DNA from: Rhodospirillaceae bacterium
GTDB lineage: Bacteria; Pseudomonadota; Alphaproteobacteria; Rhodospirillales; Rhodospirillaceae
NCBI GenBank assembly: GCA_033763995.1
Contig: JANRJL010000056.1
Span: 45,718-109,717 of the forward strand
Length of the DNA stretch: 64,000 bases
Direction: 5' to 3'
Numbering within the stretch: the stretch's first letter is position 1; each line of letters begins with the position of its first letter. The position numbers and the translations under genes are program-made. The notes below the pieces were generated by a model. It did no database searches. It worked only from the letters and a program-made list of their open reading frames with translations, and was not told where the DNA came from. Shown here piece by piece: positions 42,731 to 51,150 of the stretch.

Positions 42731-43276
42731 ATGTCACGCCTCACCGTCATCGACCCCGCCACCGCCACCGGCGAAACCAAGCGGCTTCTGGATGCCGTGA
42801 AAACGGCGCTGGGCGCCGTGCCCAACTTCATCCGCGTGCTCGCCAATTCGCCGGCGGCCTTAGCCGCGTTTCTCGGCCTGCGCGGCATCGCCGGCGCCGG
42901 CGTGCTGGACGCCAAGACACGCGAGCGCATCGCGCTGGCCGTGGCCCAGCAGAACGCCTGCCAGTATTGCGTCTCGGCCCACACCGCCATCGGCCGCAAG
43001 GCGGGCCTGGACACCGCCGAGATGCTGGCGAACCGCCAAGGTAGTTCGACAGACGCCAAAGCCGCCGCCGCCATCGCCTTCGCCAATGCACTGGTGGCCA
43101 ACATGGGCCAGGTGACCAAGGCGGAGTTCGAGGCCGCGCGCAACGCCGGGCATTCCGACGCCGAGCTGGTGGAGATCATCACCCACGTGGCGCTCAACAT
43201 CTTCACCAACCTCTTGGGCAAGGCCACGGAACTTGAGATCGACTTCCCCGTGGTGGAACTGCGCAAGGCCGCGTGA
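42731..43276 (+). CDS. Carboxymuconolactone decarboxylase/AhpD-like family protein
   Basis: ATG 42731 (GGAGAA upstream) gives MSRLTVIDPATATGETKRLLD. CxxC-type motif QQNACQYCVSAHT. Confidence 0.85.
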   Translation: MSRLTVIDPATATGETKRLLDAVKTALGAVPNFIRVLANSPAALAAFLGLRGIAGAGVLDAKTRERIALAVAQQNACQYCVSAHTAIGRKAGLDTAEMLANRQGSSTDAKAAAAIAFANALVANMGQVTKAEFEAARNAGHSDAELVEIITHVALNIFTNLLGKATELEIDFPVVELRKAA

Positions 43277-43321
43277 GTCTGCCGACCCGGAAACCGCCGT
43301 GTTTTTCGCCAGGAGAGGTCC

Positions 43322-43933
43322 ATGGGACATAAGTTCGCCGAGATCGCCTTCAGCGCCGAAGCGAAAGCGTTGCAGGTCCAGCACGGTAGCCGCGACAGCT
43401 ACGCCCGCATGGAAGGCGGCCCGGACGTCAATCATCTTCTGAGCGCGCGCGAGGCCGAGTTCATCGGCGCGCGCGATAGCTTCTATATGGCCACGGTGGG
43501 CGCCAACGGCTGGCCCTACGTGCAGCACCGCGGCGGGCCGGCCGGCTTTGTCCGCGTGCTCGACGAAACCACGCTGGGCTTTGCCGACTTTCGCGGCAAT
43601 CGCCAGTACGTCAGCGTCGGCAACCTCGCGACCGATGATCGCGTCTCGCTGTTTTTCATGGATTACGCCCATCGCCGGCGTCTGAAATTGCTGGGTCGCG
43701 CCGTGATGGTGCCCACCGAGGACACGGGGCTATTGGCGCGGCTGGAACTGCCCGACTATCGCGCGCGGGTGGAACGAGGCATCCTCATCAAGGTCGAGGC
43801 CTTCGACTGGAACTGTCCGCAACACATCACGCCGCGCTTTACCGCCGCCGAGATCGAGCAGGCCGCCCAGCCGCTGCATCGGCGCATCGCGGAGTTGGAG
43901 GCCCAAGCGGCGCGACTGAAAACGGCGGGCTGA
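43322..43933 (+). CDS. Pyridoxamine 5'-phosphate oxidase-family (FMN-binding split-barrel) protein
   Basis: 203 aa. DSFYMATVGANGWPYVQHRGGPAGFVRVLDETTLGFADFRGNRQYVSVGNL is typical of the PNPOx-like split-barrel fold. Confidence 0.8.
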   Translation: MGHKFAEIAFSAEAKALQVQHGSRDSYARMEGGPDVNHLLSAREAEFIGARDSFYMATVGANGWPYVQHRGGPAGFVRVLDETTLGFADFRGNRQYVSVGNLATDDRVSLFFMDYAHRRRLKLLGRAVMVPTEDTGLLARLELPDYRARVERGILIKVEAFDWNCPQHITPRFTAAEIEQAAQPLHRRIAELEAQAARLKTAG

Positions 43934-43964
43934 GGGTGAACAGCGCGAACAAAGGGAAAGACTC

Positions 43965-44564
43965 ATGATCAAACTTTATGACTCGGCCCTGTCGGGCAAC
44001 TGCCACAAGGTGCGCATGATGCTGGGCTTTCTCGGGCTCGCCTATGAGAAGGTCGACATGAACTGGGCTCGGGGCGATCATCGCCTGGACTGGTTTCGCG
44101 CCGTCAATCCGCGCGCGCAGTTGCCCGCTCTCGATGACGCCGGAACCATCGTCTGGGACAGCCAGGCGATCTTGGTTTATCTCGCGCGCAGCCACGGCGG
44201 CGATTCCTGGTTGCCGCTGGAGCCCCTGGCGCTGACGCGCGTCATGCAGTGGCTGATGCTGGCCAACGAGGAAGTACGCGCGCTGTCGTGGGCGCGCGTG
44301 GCCGTGCTGATGAAACAGCCGCGCGACAAGTTGCCGGACTTGCAGGGCGCGGGCCGCGCGGGGCTGGCGGTGTTGGAGCGGCATTTGCAGGGTCACGCCT
44401 GGCTCGCGGCCGATCGCGTCACGATTGCCGATATTGCGTGTTTTCCCTACGTGGGTTTGGCGCCCCAGGGCGAGGTTTCGCTGGACCCCTATCCGGCGGT
44501 GCGGGCCTGGATCGCGCGCATCAAGGCGCTGGCGAATTACGTGCCGATGCCGGGATTGGAATGA
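43965..44564 (+). CDS. Glutathione S-transferase
   Basis: 199 aa. N-terminal thioredoxin-like domain (MIKLYDSALSGNCHKVRMML...QLPALDD..TIVWDSQAILVYLA) and a C-terminal helical domain. Confidence 0.9.
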   Translation: MIKLYDSALSGNCHKVRMMLGFLGLAYEKVDMNWARGDHRLDWFRAVNPRAQLPALDDAGTIVWDSQAILVYLARSHGGDSWLPLEPLALTRVMQWLMLANEEVRALSWARVAVLMKQPRDKLPDLQGAGRAGLAVLERHLQGHAWLAADRVTIADIACFPYVGLAPQGEVSLDPYPAVRAWIARIKALANYVPMPGLE

Positions 44565-44815
44565 GCCCAGGCCCACGCCATTACGTCAGTACCCATGCCG
44601 CATGTTGCGGCGCGGTCTCGCTTAGAACGGTTCTAATGGCTTGATTCGTCATGGAATTTGGCGCGCGATCACATCGGCGCGACCGTGTCGATTTTTCGCC
44701 GGCGCATTCTTGAGATTGCCGCGCGGCACCCCATATCATTTCCACAAACGTCGGCGCCGCAATGGTGCCTACGGGCCGGTTGTCGGTATCCCCTGCCGAA
44801 TCGGCCATCCAAAGA

Positions 44816-44854
44816 GCGCCCGGTGTTTCCCCCAAGCACCGGGCGCATTTTTTT
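44816..44854 (+). terminator. Strong intrinsic terminator with no obvious cognate gene
   Basis: GCGCCCGGTG-(11-nt loop)-CACCGGGCGC followed by A and then seven T residues. It is 252 nt after the GST stop and 40 nt before the xthA ATG. On the minus strand there is no T-tract. Confidence 0.7.
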
Positions 44855-44893
44855 GTGTTCAGGGCCGCGGTTCCGCGCCATGACAACGCCCCC

Positions 44894-45712
44894 ATGGCAA
44901 ACTTTCGCATTCTCTCCTGGAACATCAACTCCGTCCGCAAGCGGTTGGATCATCTGGCGCGCATCGCCGAGACTACTGCGCCCGACGTGATCTGCCTGCA
45001 GGAGACCAAGGCGGCGGACAGGGACTTTCCGGCTGAGGCCGTGCGCGCGCTGGGCTTCGACCATGCCGCGATTTACGGATTCGGCGGTTACAACGGTGTC
45101 GCGATTTTATCGCGGCATCCCTTGAGCGACGTGCGCCGCCACGCCCGGCGCGGCAAGGACGACGGCCGGCACATCAGCGCGCGCGTCACGCCCCAGGGCG
45201 GCGCTGCCATCTCGGTGCATTCAATCTACGTGCCCGCCGGCGGCGAGGAGCCCGACCCGCGCGTCAATGCGAAGTTCGCCGACAAGCTCGCGTTCATCGA
45301 CGATGCCGCCGATTGGTTCGCGGCCGAGCACGGGTTTCGCGATCGCGTGGTGCTCACGGGCGATCTCAACATCGCGCCCCTGCCCAGCGACGTGTGGGAC
45401 CATCACAAGATGCAAAAGCGCATCGGCCACACGGACCATGATATCGCGGCACTGGACCGCCTGCGCCGTTCGCTCAACTGGGTGGACGCGGTGCGCGAGA
45501 TCATTCCGCCCGACGATCCGGTGTTTACGTGGTGGAGTTACCGGCAATCTGAGTTTCGCGTCGACAGCCGGGGCTGGCGGCTCGACCACATTTGGGTCTC
45601 GCCGGGGCTGAAAGAGAACATCCAAAGCGCGGAGGTGTTGGTGGACGTGCGTCACTGGACGCCGGCCTCCGACCACGCGCCGGTGGTGGTGAGTTTGGCG
45701 GACTATTGGTAA
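44894..45712 (+). CDS. xthA: Exodeoxyribonuclease III
   Basis: ATG 44894 gives MANFRILSWNINSVRKRL...VICLQETK. Has LTGDLNIAP and C-terminal SDHAPVV. Confidence 0.93.
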   Translation: MANFRILSWNINSVRKRLDHLARIAETTAPDVICLQETKAADRDFPAEAVRALGFDHAAIYGFGGYNGVAILSRHPLSDVRRHARRGKDDGRHISARVTPQGGAAISVHSIYVPAGGEEPDPRVNAKFADKLAFIDDAADWFAAEHGFRDRVVLTGDLNIAPLPSDVWDHHKMQKRIGHTDHDIAALDRLRRSLNWVDAVREIIPPDDPVFTWWSYRQSEFRVDSRGWRLDHIWVSPGLKENIQSAEVLVDVRHWTPASDHAPVVVSLADYW

Positions 45713-46188
45713 ATCGTGATCGTGAACTCACCGCTGCGGCTAAAGTTCATGTCGCAGCGCTTAAGAATATCCATGCCCACAATGACGTCGAATCCAGCGT
45801 TGCTCTCGATAGCAATCGCGTCTTGCGGCAGAGCAAGTTGGAAATAGGTTTCGCCGTTCTCGTCATGCGGCCGACCGAGAGGCTTGCAGAAAAATCCGAG
45901 ATAAAACCAATACCGGCGATGCGGCCATGTTCCACCCGCGCCAGTGACATCAAGCTTGCCGTGACTCGTCAGCCCCAGTTGCGAAACGGCATTATGCGAA
46001 ATGGCCGACATTTGCGCGCCCCTGTCGACCAGGCCTAGGTAGCTCGCGACCTGGTACTGTGCCGGGACGAAAACGGGTTGAACGGCCGGAGCTTGCGGCA
46101 GGAACTCCCTTAGACCAACGCGAACGATCGCCTGATCATTTACGATCGTGCCCGAGACTTCCCACATGAGAATAAAACCCGAGGTCAA
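45703..46188 (-). CDS. Retropepsin-like (clan AA) aspartic protease homolog with DRG in place of D[TS]G
   Basis: LGLVDRGAQMSAIS...LGL (residues 51-) and the C-terminal FDVIVGMDILKRC match the bacterial retropepsin-like pattern. The Arg codon AGG is at 46023..46021. The start may be ATG 46167. The stop overlaps the xthA 3' end by 10 nt. About 53% GC. Confidence 0.6.
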   Translation of the reverse strand: MTSGFILMWEVSGTIVNDQAIVRVGLREFLPQAPAVQPVFVPAQYQVASYLGLVDRGAQMSAISHNAVSQLGLTSHGKLDVTGAGGTWPHRRYWFYLGFFCKPLGRPHDENGETYFQLALPQDAIAIESNAGFDVIVGMDILKRCDMNFSRSGEFTITIYQ

Positions 46189-46405
46189 TCGGCGTCACGG
46201 TCACTTTTTGAATCGAGAAGAGGCCGTCGGGGAATTTTTTATAGCCTTCGATCAGGGCCGCAACGGACGTGTCGTAAAACGAATCGACCTGTTGATGCCG
46301 CAGCAGCGCGTGTTGGCCGGCGTGTTCGGCCATCAAGCTTGCGACGACGCCTTGGAAGTAATCGAAATTGCGGTCCACTTCCGCTTCATGCTCTTGAATA
46401 TTCAT
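46136..46405 (-). CDS. Small (89-aa) protein of unknown function, upstream partner of the protease homolog
   Basis: GGGGAG Shine-Dalgarno sequence upstream of ATG 46405. It overlaps the downstream gene by 32-53 nt. The pattern GQHALLRHQQVDSFYDTSVAALIEGYKKFPDGLFSIQKVT resembles small antitoxin-like proteins, by recollection only. Low GC like its partner. Confidence 0.5.
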   Translation of the reverse strand: MNIQEHEAEVDRNFDYFQGVVASLMAEHAGQHALLRHQQVDSFYDTSVAALIEGYKKFPDGLFSIQKVTVTPIDLGFYSHVGSLGHDRK

Positions 46406-46495
46406 CGCGGCTCCCCACTGCTCAACGCCAAAATACCACGTATCGAGTCGTGGGTGAATCCTCTAAATCGTTCAATGAGTTAAGAGGTTAGCCCC

Positions 46496-47554
46496 TCACA
46501 CCCCATAAAACCTGGCCGCGTTGGGCCCGACGATCTTGGCCGCGACGCCCGCGCCCAGATCCTTGCGCGCCAGCAGCACCTCGTGGGCGGCGAGTTCGGT
46601 GGACGTGTCGGCGTGGCCGTAGTCGGTGCCGAGCATCAGGTTGTCCTCGCCCGCGGTGCGCAGCACTTGCGGCAGGTCCTCGTGGATTTCGCAGGTGACG
46701 AAAAACCGCAGGTCCGAGAGCATTTTTTCGGTGCGGTCCTTCTCGCCGAAGCGCTTGGCCCAGCGCCGCGTCCGGTTGACGGCGAAGGGCAGCCATTCGG
46801 ACCCGCCCTCGATGAAGCCGAAGCGCAGTTTCGGGAATTTGGTCGGCACCTCGCTGGCCATGAGCGCGCTGAAGGCCACCATGGTGGGCATGATGGTGGC
46901 GACGATATTGCCGCGAATGCCGGTGCCGTGGGCGATATTATGAAACGACGGGCTGGTGGTGCCGATGTGCACGCAGACCGGCATGTCGAGATCCTGGGCC
47001 TTGGCGTAGATCGGATAGAGATCGGGGTCGTCGAGCGCGCGGTCGCCCTCGTAGCCGCGCAGCAGCACGCCGCAGGCGCCGTGCTGTTGGCCCCAGGCGA
47101 TCTCGGCGAGCGAGGCATCCATCAGGCGCGGGGCGGGCACCACCAGCCAGCGCATGCGGCCCTTGGTGGGCGCGCACACATCGGCGAGCCAGCGGTTGTA
47201 GGCCTTAGACAGCGCCATTTCAGCGGCGGGATTCTTGACCACGAGATTGAGAAAAACGCTGGGGTAAATCACCTGCTTGTCCACACCCAAACGGTCCATG
47301 TGGGCGATGCGCGCGGGAACGTCGGTCAAGTCGCGCGTGCCCGGCGCGTACATGTCGGTCGGCAATCCGCCCAGGCCGTACATCTTGCCGTCGATCAACC
47401 AGAACTTGCGCCCCGACATGGCGCGTTGCTTGAACGCCTCGGGCACCTCGTCCATGGTGATGGTGGCGGGGCGATGGATCGCGTCGTCCTTCGCCAGGTA
47501 ATCCCAAATGCAGGCGGCTTCGACCACATGGGTATCGGCATCGATGATGGGCAT
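46496..47554 (-). CDS. Amidohydrolase-2 family metal-dependent hydrolase/decarboxylase
   Basis: ATG 47554 (GGAG 8 nt upstream) gives MPIIDADTHVVE (the metal-binding DxH). Also has HIGT and MLGTDYGHAD. The track ORF to 47773 is over-extended. Confidence 0.85.
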   Translation of the reverse strand: MPIIDADTHVVEAACIWDYLAKDDAIHRPATITMDEVPEAFKQRAMSGRKFWLIDGKMYGLGGLPTDMYAPGTRDLTDVPARIAHMDRLGVDKQVIYPSVFLNLVVKNPAAEMALSKAYNRWLADVCAPTKGRMRWLVVPAPRLMDASLAEIAWGQQHGACGVLLRGYEGDRALDDPDLYPIYAKAQDLDMPVCVHIGTTSPSFHNIAHGTGIRGNIVATIMPTMVAFSALMASEVPTKFPKLRFGFIEGGSEWLPFAVNRTRRWAKRFGEKDRTEKMLSDLRFFVTCEIHEDLPQVLRTAGEDNLMLGTDYGHADTSTELAAHEVLLARKDLGAGVAAKIVGPNAARFYGV

Positions 47555-47593
47555 GGCTGGCTCCGAATGAATCATTGGCGGCACCGTGCACCC

Positions 47594-49111
47594 ATGACCG
47601 GAAAAAGGAAATGCAATCCGGCGCGGTGGTTCGCATGCTGGGCGTTGGCCCTGCTGTTGACGGCGCCCGCCGTCGGCGCCATGGCCGCGACCTTGAAAAT
47701 CGCCGCCGGGTCCATGCCCGAGAATTGGGGCAATCCCTTCGCCTCCACTTCCATTACGCGGCTGCCGCTGCAATCGGCGGTGTTCGACGCGCTGACTTTT
47801 GTCGATTCGACCGGCGCGCTCACGCCCTGGCTGGCGACAAGCTGGGACCGCACCGGCCCCACGGCCTGGACGATCCGGCTGCGGAAAAACGTGACCTTCT
47901 CCAACGGCACCGCGCTGACGGCGGCGGGCGTGGTGGCGGCTTTCGATTACCTGTCGAGCGAGCAGGGCAAGCGCGAAGCCGTGGGCCGCGAGCTGGTGGA
48001 CATCGTTTCGACCAAGGTCGTTGACGATCTATCTTTCACGCTCGAAACCCGCGTGCCCGATCCGCTGTTGCCTTATCGGCTGTCGCTGGTGACGATTCCC
48101 GAGCCCAATTTGTGGCGCGCGATGGGCCGCGAGGCGTTTCAGAGGGCCCCCATCGGCACCGGGCCCATGACATTGGGTCGTGTCGAGCGCAACCGGCTGG
48201 AGCTCATCAAGAACCCGTCGTCGTGGCGCAAGGCGTTGATCGAGGGCGCCACGTTCTTGATTCTGCCGGAACCGGCGCAGCGGCGCACGGCGCTGGTCAC
48301 GGGTGCCGCCGACGTGGCCATCACCGCCGTGCTGCCGTCAGAGTTCGACGATTTGCGCGCCGAGGGCGGCAGCATTTTGATCGACCGCATTCCCGCCGTG
48401 GTGGCGGTGGCCTTCAACACCCAGATGTTCGCAGCCTTTCGCGACGCGCGCGTGCGCCGGGCCATCACCCATGCGGTCAACCGCGAGGCGATTGTGGCCG
48501 CCATCATGGGCGGCGAGACGGTGGTGGCCAGCCAACCGGCGGGGCGCAGTTGGTTCGGCTACAACCCCGATCTCAAGCCGCTGGCCTACGATCCCGACAA
48601 GGCGCGGGCGTTGTTGCACGAGGCCGGTTACGAAAAAGGCTTCGCCTTCGAGTTTCTCTTTCCCTCGGGCGCCGTGGCCTACCCCGATGTGTTCCAGACC
48701 GTGGCGGCGGACCTGGCGCGCGTGGGCATCGTCATGACCTCGCGCTCGGTGCCGCAGCAGAAGTTGTTCGAGAACATCCAGACCGGCGTGTGGGACGCGC
48801 CCGCCGCGGCGATTCCGTTTTCCACGCCGGTGTTCGACGCGCTCTATCCGCAGCGCCAGCATTCGTGCCTGTGGCATGCGCCGTGGTTCTGCGACCGGGA
48901 TTTTTCAGACGGCGTCGCGGCCGCCTTCAACGAGGGCGACACCGAGCGCCGCCGCGCCGCCACACAGGCTCTCATGGCGCGTGCCCACGACATGGCCCAG
49001 GCGCTGTTCTTGTATGAAACCGTGTCCTTCACGGGCCTGGGTCCGCGCGTGGAGGCCTTTCCCATGGACTTCAGTTTCATCCGCTACGAGGGCGTGAAAC
49101 TGAAGGACTGA
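47594..49111 (+). CDS. ABC transporter substrate-binding protein, family 5 (peptide/nickel type), no cognate permease or ATPase nearby
   Basis: In-frame ATG 47594 within the 842-aa track ORF gives MTGKRKCNPARWFACWALALLLTAPAVGAMA, a signal peptide. The body (FSNGTALTAAGVVAAFDY, NPDLKPLAYDPDKARALLHEAGY) is typical of SBP_bac_5. Confidence 0.85.
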   Translation: MTGKRKCNPARWFACWALALLLTAPAVGAMAATLKIAAGSMPENWGNPFASTSITRLPLQSAVFDALTFVDSTGALTPWLATSWDRTGPTAWTIRLRKNVTFSNGTALTAAGVVAAFDYLSSEQGKREAVGRELVDIVSTKVVDDLSFTLETRVPDPLLPYRLSLVTIPEPNLWRAMGREAFQRAPIGTGPMTLGRVERNRLELIKNPSSWRKALIEGATFLILPEPAQRRTALVTGAADVAITAVLPSEFDDLRAEGGSILIDRIPAVVAVAFNTQMFAAFRDARVRRAITHAVNREAIVAAIMGGETVVASQPAGRSWFGYNPDLKPLAYDPDKARALLHEAGYEKGFAFEFLFPSGAVAYPDVFQTVAADLARVGIVMTSRSVPQQKLFENIQTGVWDAPAAAIPFSTPVFDALYPQRQHSCLWHAPWFCDRDFSDGVAAAFNEGDTERRRAATQALMARAHDMAQALFLYETVSFTGLGPRVEAFPMDFSFIRYEGVKLKD

Positions 49112-49187
49112 GAGCAAAGCCGCGCCTTGCGGACGAGCCGCAAAACCCCCATCTTGAACCCCACACCAACAAGAATCACGCACAATC

Positions 49188-49739
49188 ATGATGGCTTCCA
49201 ACGACCCCACCAACTGGCACGGCACGACGATTTTGTCCGTCCGCAAGGGCGGCAAGGTGGTGATCGCCGGCGACGGTCAGGTGAGCTTCGGCAACACCGT
49301 CATCAAATCCAACGCCCGAAAAGTCAGGCGCTTGGCCGACGGCGCCATTCTGGCGGGCTTCGCGGGGGCCACGGCCGACGCCTTCACTTTGTTCGAGCGC
49401 CTGGAAGCCAAGCTGGAAAAACACCCGGGGCAATTGATGCGCGCCTGCGTGGAGCTGGCCAAGGACTGGCGCACGGACCGTTACTTGCGCCGGCTCGAGG
49501 CCATGATGGCGGTCGCCGACAAGGATGTGTCGTTGATCCTCACGGGCACGGGCGACGTGCTGGAGCCGGAAGACGGCCTGATCGGCATCGGCTCTGGCGG
49601 ATCCTTCGCCCTGGCCGCCGCCCGCGCCTTGATCGACCAGGACAGCCTCAGCGCCGAGGCCATCGCGCGCAAGGCCATGGGCATCGCCGCCGATATTTGC
49701 GTGTTCACCAACCGCGAAGTCGTGGTTGAACTTTTATGA
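49188..49739 (+). CDS. hslV: ATP-dependent protease subunit HslV
   Basis: [23 protein letters not shown]. The catalytic Thr is preceded by a 12-residue N-terminal extension. GSGG motif present. Confidence 0.95.
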   Translation: MMASNDPTNWHGTTILSVRKGGKVVIAGDGQVSFGNTVIKSNARKVRRLADGAILAGFAGATADAFTLFERLEAKLEKHPGQLMRACVELAKDWRTDRYLRRLEAMMAVADKDVSLILTGTGDVLEPEDGLIGIGSGGSFALAAARALIDQDSLSAEAIARKAMGIAADICVFTNREVVVELL

Positions 49740-51055
49740 CAACCACCAGCGCTTTCTCCCCCCGCGAGATCGTGTCCGAACTGGACCGTTTCATCATCGG
49801 CCAGAACGACGCCAAGAAGGCCGTGGCGATTGCTTTGAGAAATCGCTGGCGGCGCCAGCAGTTGCCCGAAGGCTTGCGCGAAGAGGTGATGCCCAAGAAC
49901 ATCCTCATGGTGGGTCCCACCGGCGTGGGCAAGACCGAAATCGCGCGGCGCCTGGCGAAGCTGGCCAACGCACCGTTCCTGAAGGTCGAGGCCACCAAGT
50001 TCACCGAGGTGGGCTACGTCGGCCGCGACGTGGATTCCATCGTGCGCGATCTGGTGGAAATCGCCATTACCATGACGAAGGAGCGCCTGCGCAAGGAGGT
50101 CACGGCCAAGGCCGAGATGGCCGCCGAGGACCGCGTGCTCACCGCGCTCGTGGGCGACAACGCCACGCCCGAGACGCGCCAGAAATTCCGCAAGATGCTG
50201 CGCGAGGGCGCGCTGGCCGAACGCGAAATCGAAATTCAAGTGCAGGAGCCCGTGAGCGCGGCAATGCCCGCGATGGACGTGCCCGGCATGCCCGGCGCCT
50301 CCATGAGTATGATCAACTTGTCCGAAATGCTGGGCGGCATGCTGGGCAATCGCACCAAGGCCCGCAAGATGACCGTGGCGCAATCCTACGAGACGCTGCT
50401 GCGCGAGGAATCGGAAAAGCTGCTGGATCAGGAGCGCGTCACGCGCGAGTCCATCGCCGCGGTGGAGAACAACGGCATCGTGTTTTTGGACGAGATCGAC
50501 AAGATCACCGGCCGCGAGGACGTGCGCGGCGCCGACGTGAGCCGCGAGGGCGTGCAGCGCGACCTGCTGCCCTTGATCGAGGGCACGACGGTCAACACCA
50601 AGCACGGCGCAGTGAAGACGGATCACGTCTTATTCATTGCCTCGGGCGCGTTCCACTTGGCCAAGCCTTCGGACCTGCTGCCGGAACTGCAGGGCCGACT
50701 GCCCATTCGCGTGGAGCTGAAGGCGCTGACGCGCGATGACTTCGTGCGCATTCTGACGCAGACCGAAGCGAGCCTGATCAAGCAGTACAAGGCGCTGCTG
50801 GGCACCGAGAACGTGACGCTGGAGTTCGGCGACGACGCCATCGGCGCCATCGCCGACCTGGCCGCCGAGATCAATAAAAGCGTCGAGAACATCGGCGCGC
50901 GGCGCCTGCACACGGTCATGGAAAAACTGCTGGAAGAGATCAGCTTCACCGCCACGGACCGGGCGGGAGAAACCTTCCAGGTCGACGCGGCCTACGTGAA
51001 GACCCAGGTGGGCGACCTCGCCAAGAAAGGCGACCTGAGCAAGTTTATCTTGTGA
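49736..51055 (+). CDS. hslU: ATP-dependent protease ATPase subunit HslU
   Basis: 439 aa. [15 protein letters not shown], Walker [16 protein letters not shown], Walker [13 protein letters not shown] overlap with hslV. Confidence 0.97.
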   Translation: MTTTSAFSPREIVSELDRFIIGQNDAKKAVAIALRNRWRRQQLPEGLREEVMPKNILMVGPTGVGKTEIARRLAKLANAPFLKVEATKFTEVGYVGRDVDSIVRDLVEIAITMTKERLRKEVTAKAEMAAEDRVLTALVGDNATPETRQKFRKMLREGALAEREIEIQVQEPVSAAMPAMDVPGMPGASMSMINLSEMLGGMLGNRTKARKMTVAQSYETLLREESEKLLDQERVTRESIAAVENNGIVFLDEIDKITGREDVRGADVSREGVQRDLLPLIEGTTVNTKHGAVKTDHVLFIASGAFHLAKPSDLLPELQGRLPIRVELKALTRDDFVRILTQTEASLIKQYKALLGTENVTLEFGDDAIGAIADLAAEINKSVENIGARRLHTVMEKLLEEISFTATDRAGETFQVDAAYVKTQVGDLAKKGDLSKFIL

Positions 51056-51063
51056 AGTTAATT

Positions 51064-51150
51064 GGAGCTTTTCCCCGACAAGTGGGGACCGGTTGGCCCA
51101 AGAAAACAAGTCGGTGGAAATGCGACCAAAAAGAATCGGGTTTGATTCTA
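51064..51150. repeat. Dispersed intergenic repeat, copy B, with a terminal 6-bp hairpin
   Basis: GGAGCTTTTCCCCGACAAGTGGGGACCGGTTGGC[CCAAGAAAACAAGTCG]GTGGAAATGCGACCAAAAAGAATCG followed by the hairpin AGAATC-GGGTTT-GATTCT. The right arm runs into the TetR stop codon (CTA 51148..51150). Confidence 0.8.

Noticed and set aside
44640-44800. Possible degenerate reverse-orientation copy of the dispersed repeat (ATTTCCAC...GGGCCGGTT) in the GST-xthA spacer
   Set aside because: Only short scattered matches (8-9 nt) with inconsistent spacing were found. I could not produce a convincing alignment by eye.
46583-47593. N-terminal 337 residues of the 842-aa plus-strand ORF 46583..49111
   Set aside because: This part is antisense to the amidohydrolase gene. 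A signal peptide begins at the in-frame ATG 47594, so only 47594..49111 is called as the binding protein.
49162-49167. CTTGAA sigma32-like -35 upstream of hslV
   Set aside because: It lies only 21 nt before the hslV ATG, leaving no room for a -10 element and a leader, and no CCCCAT or CYTATNT element follows.
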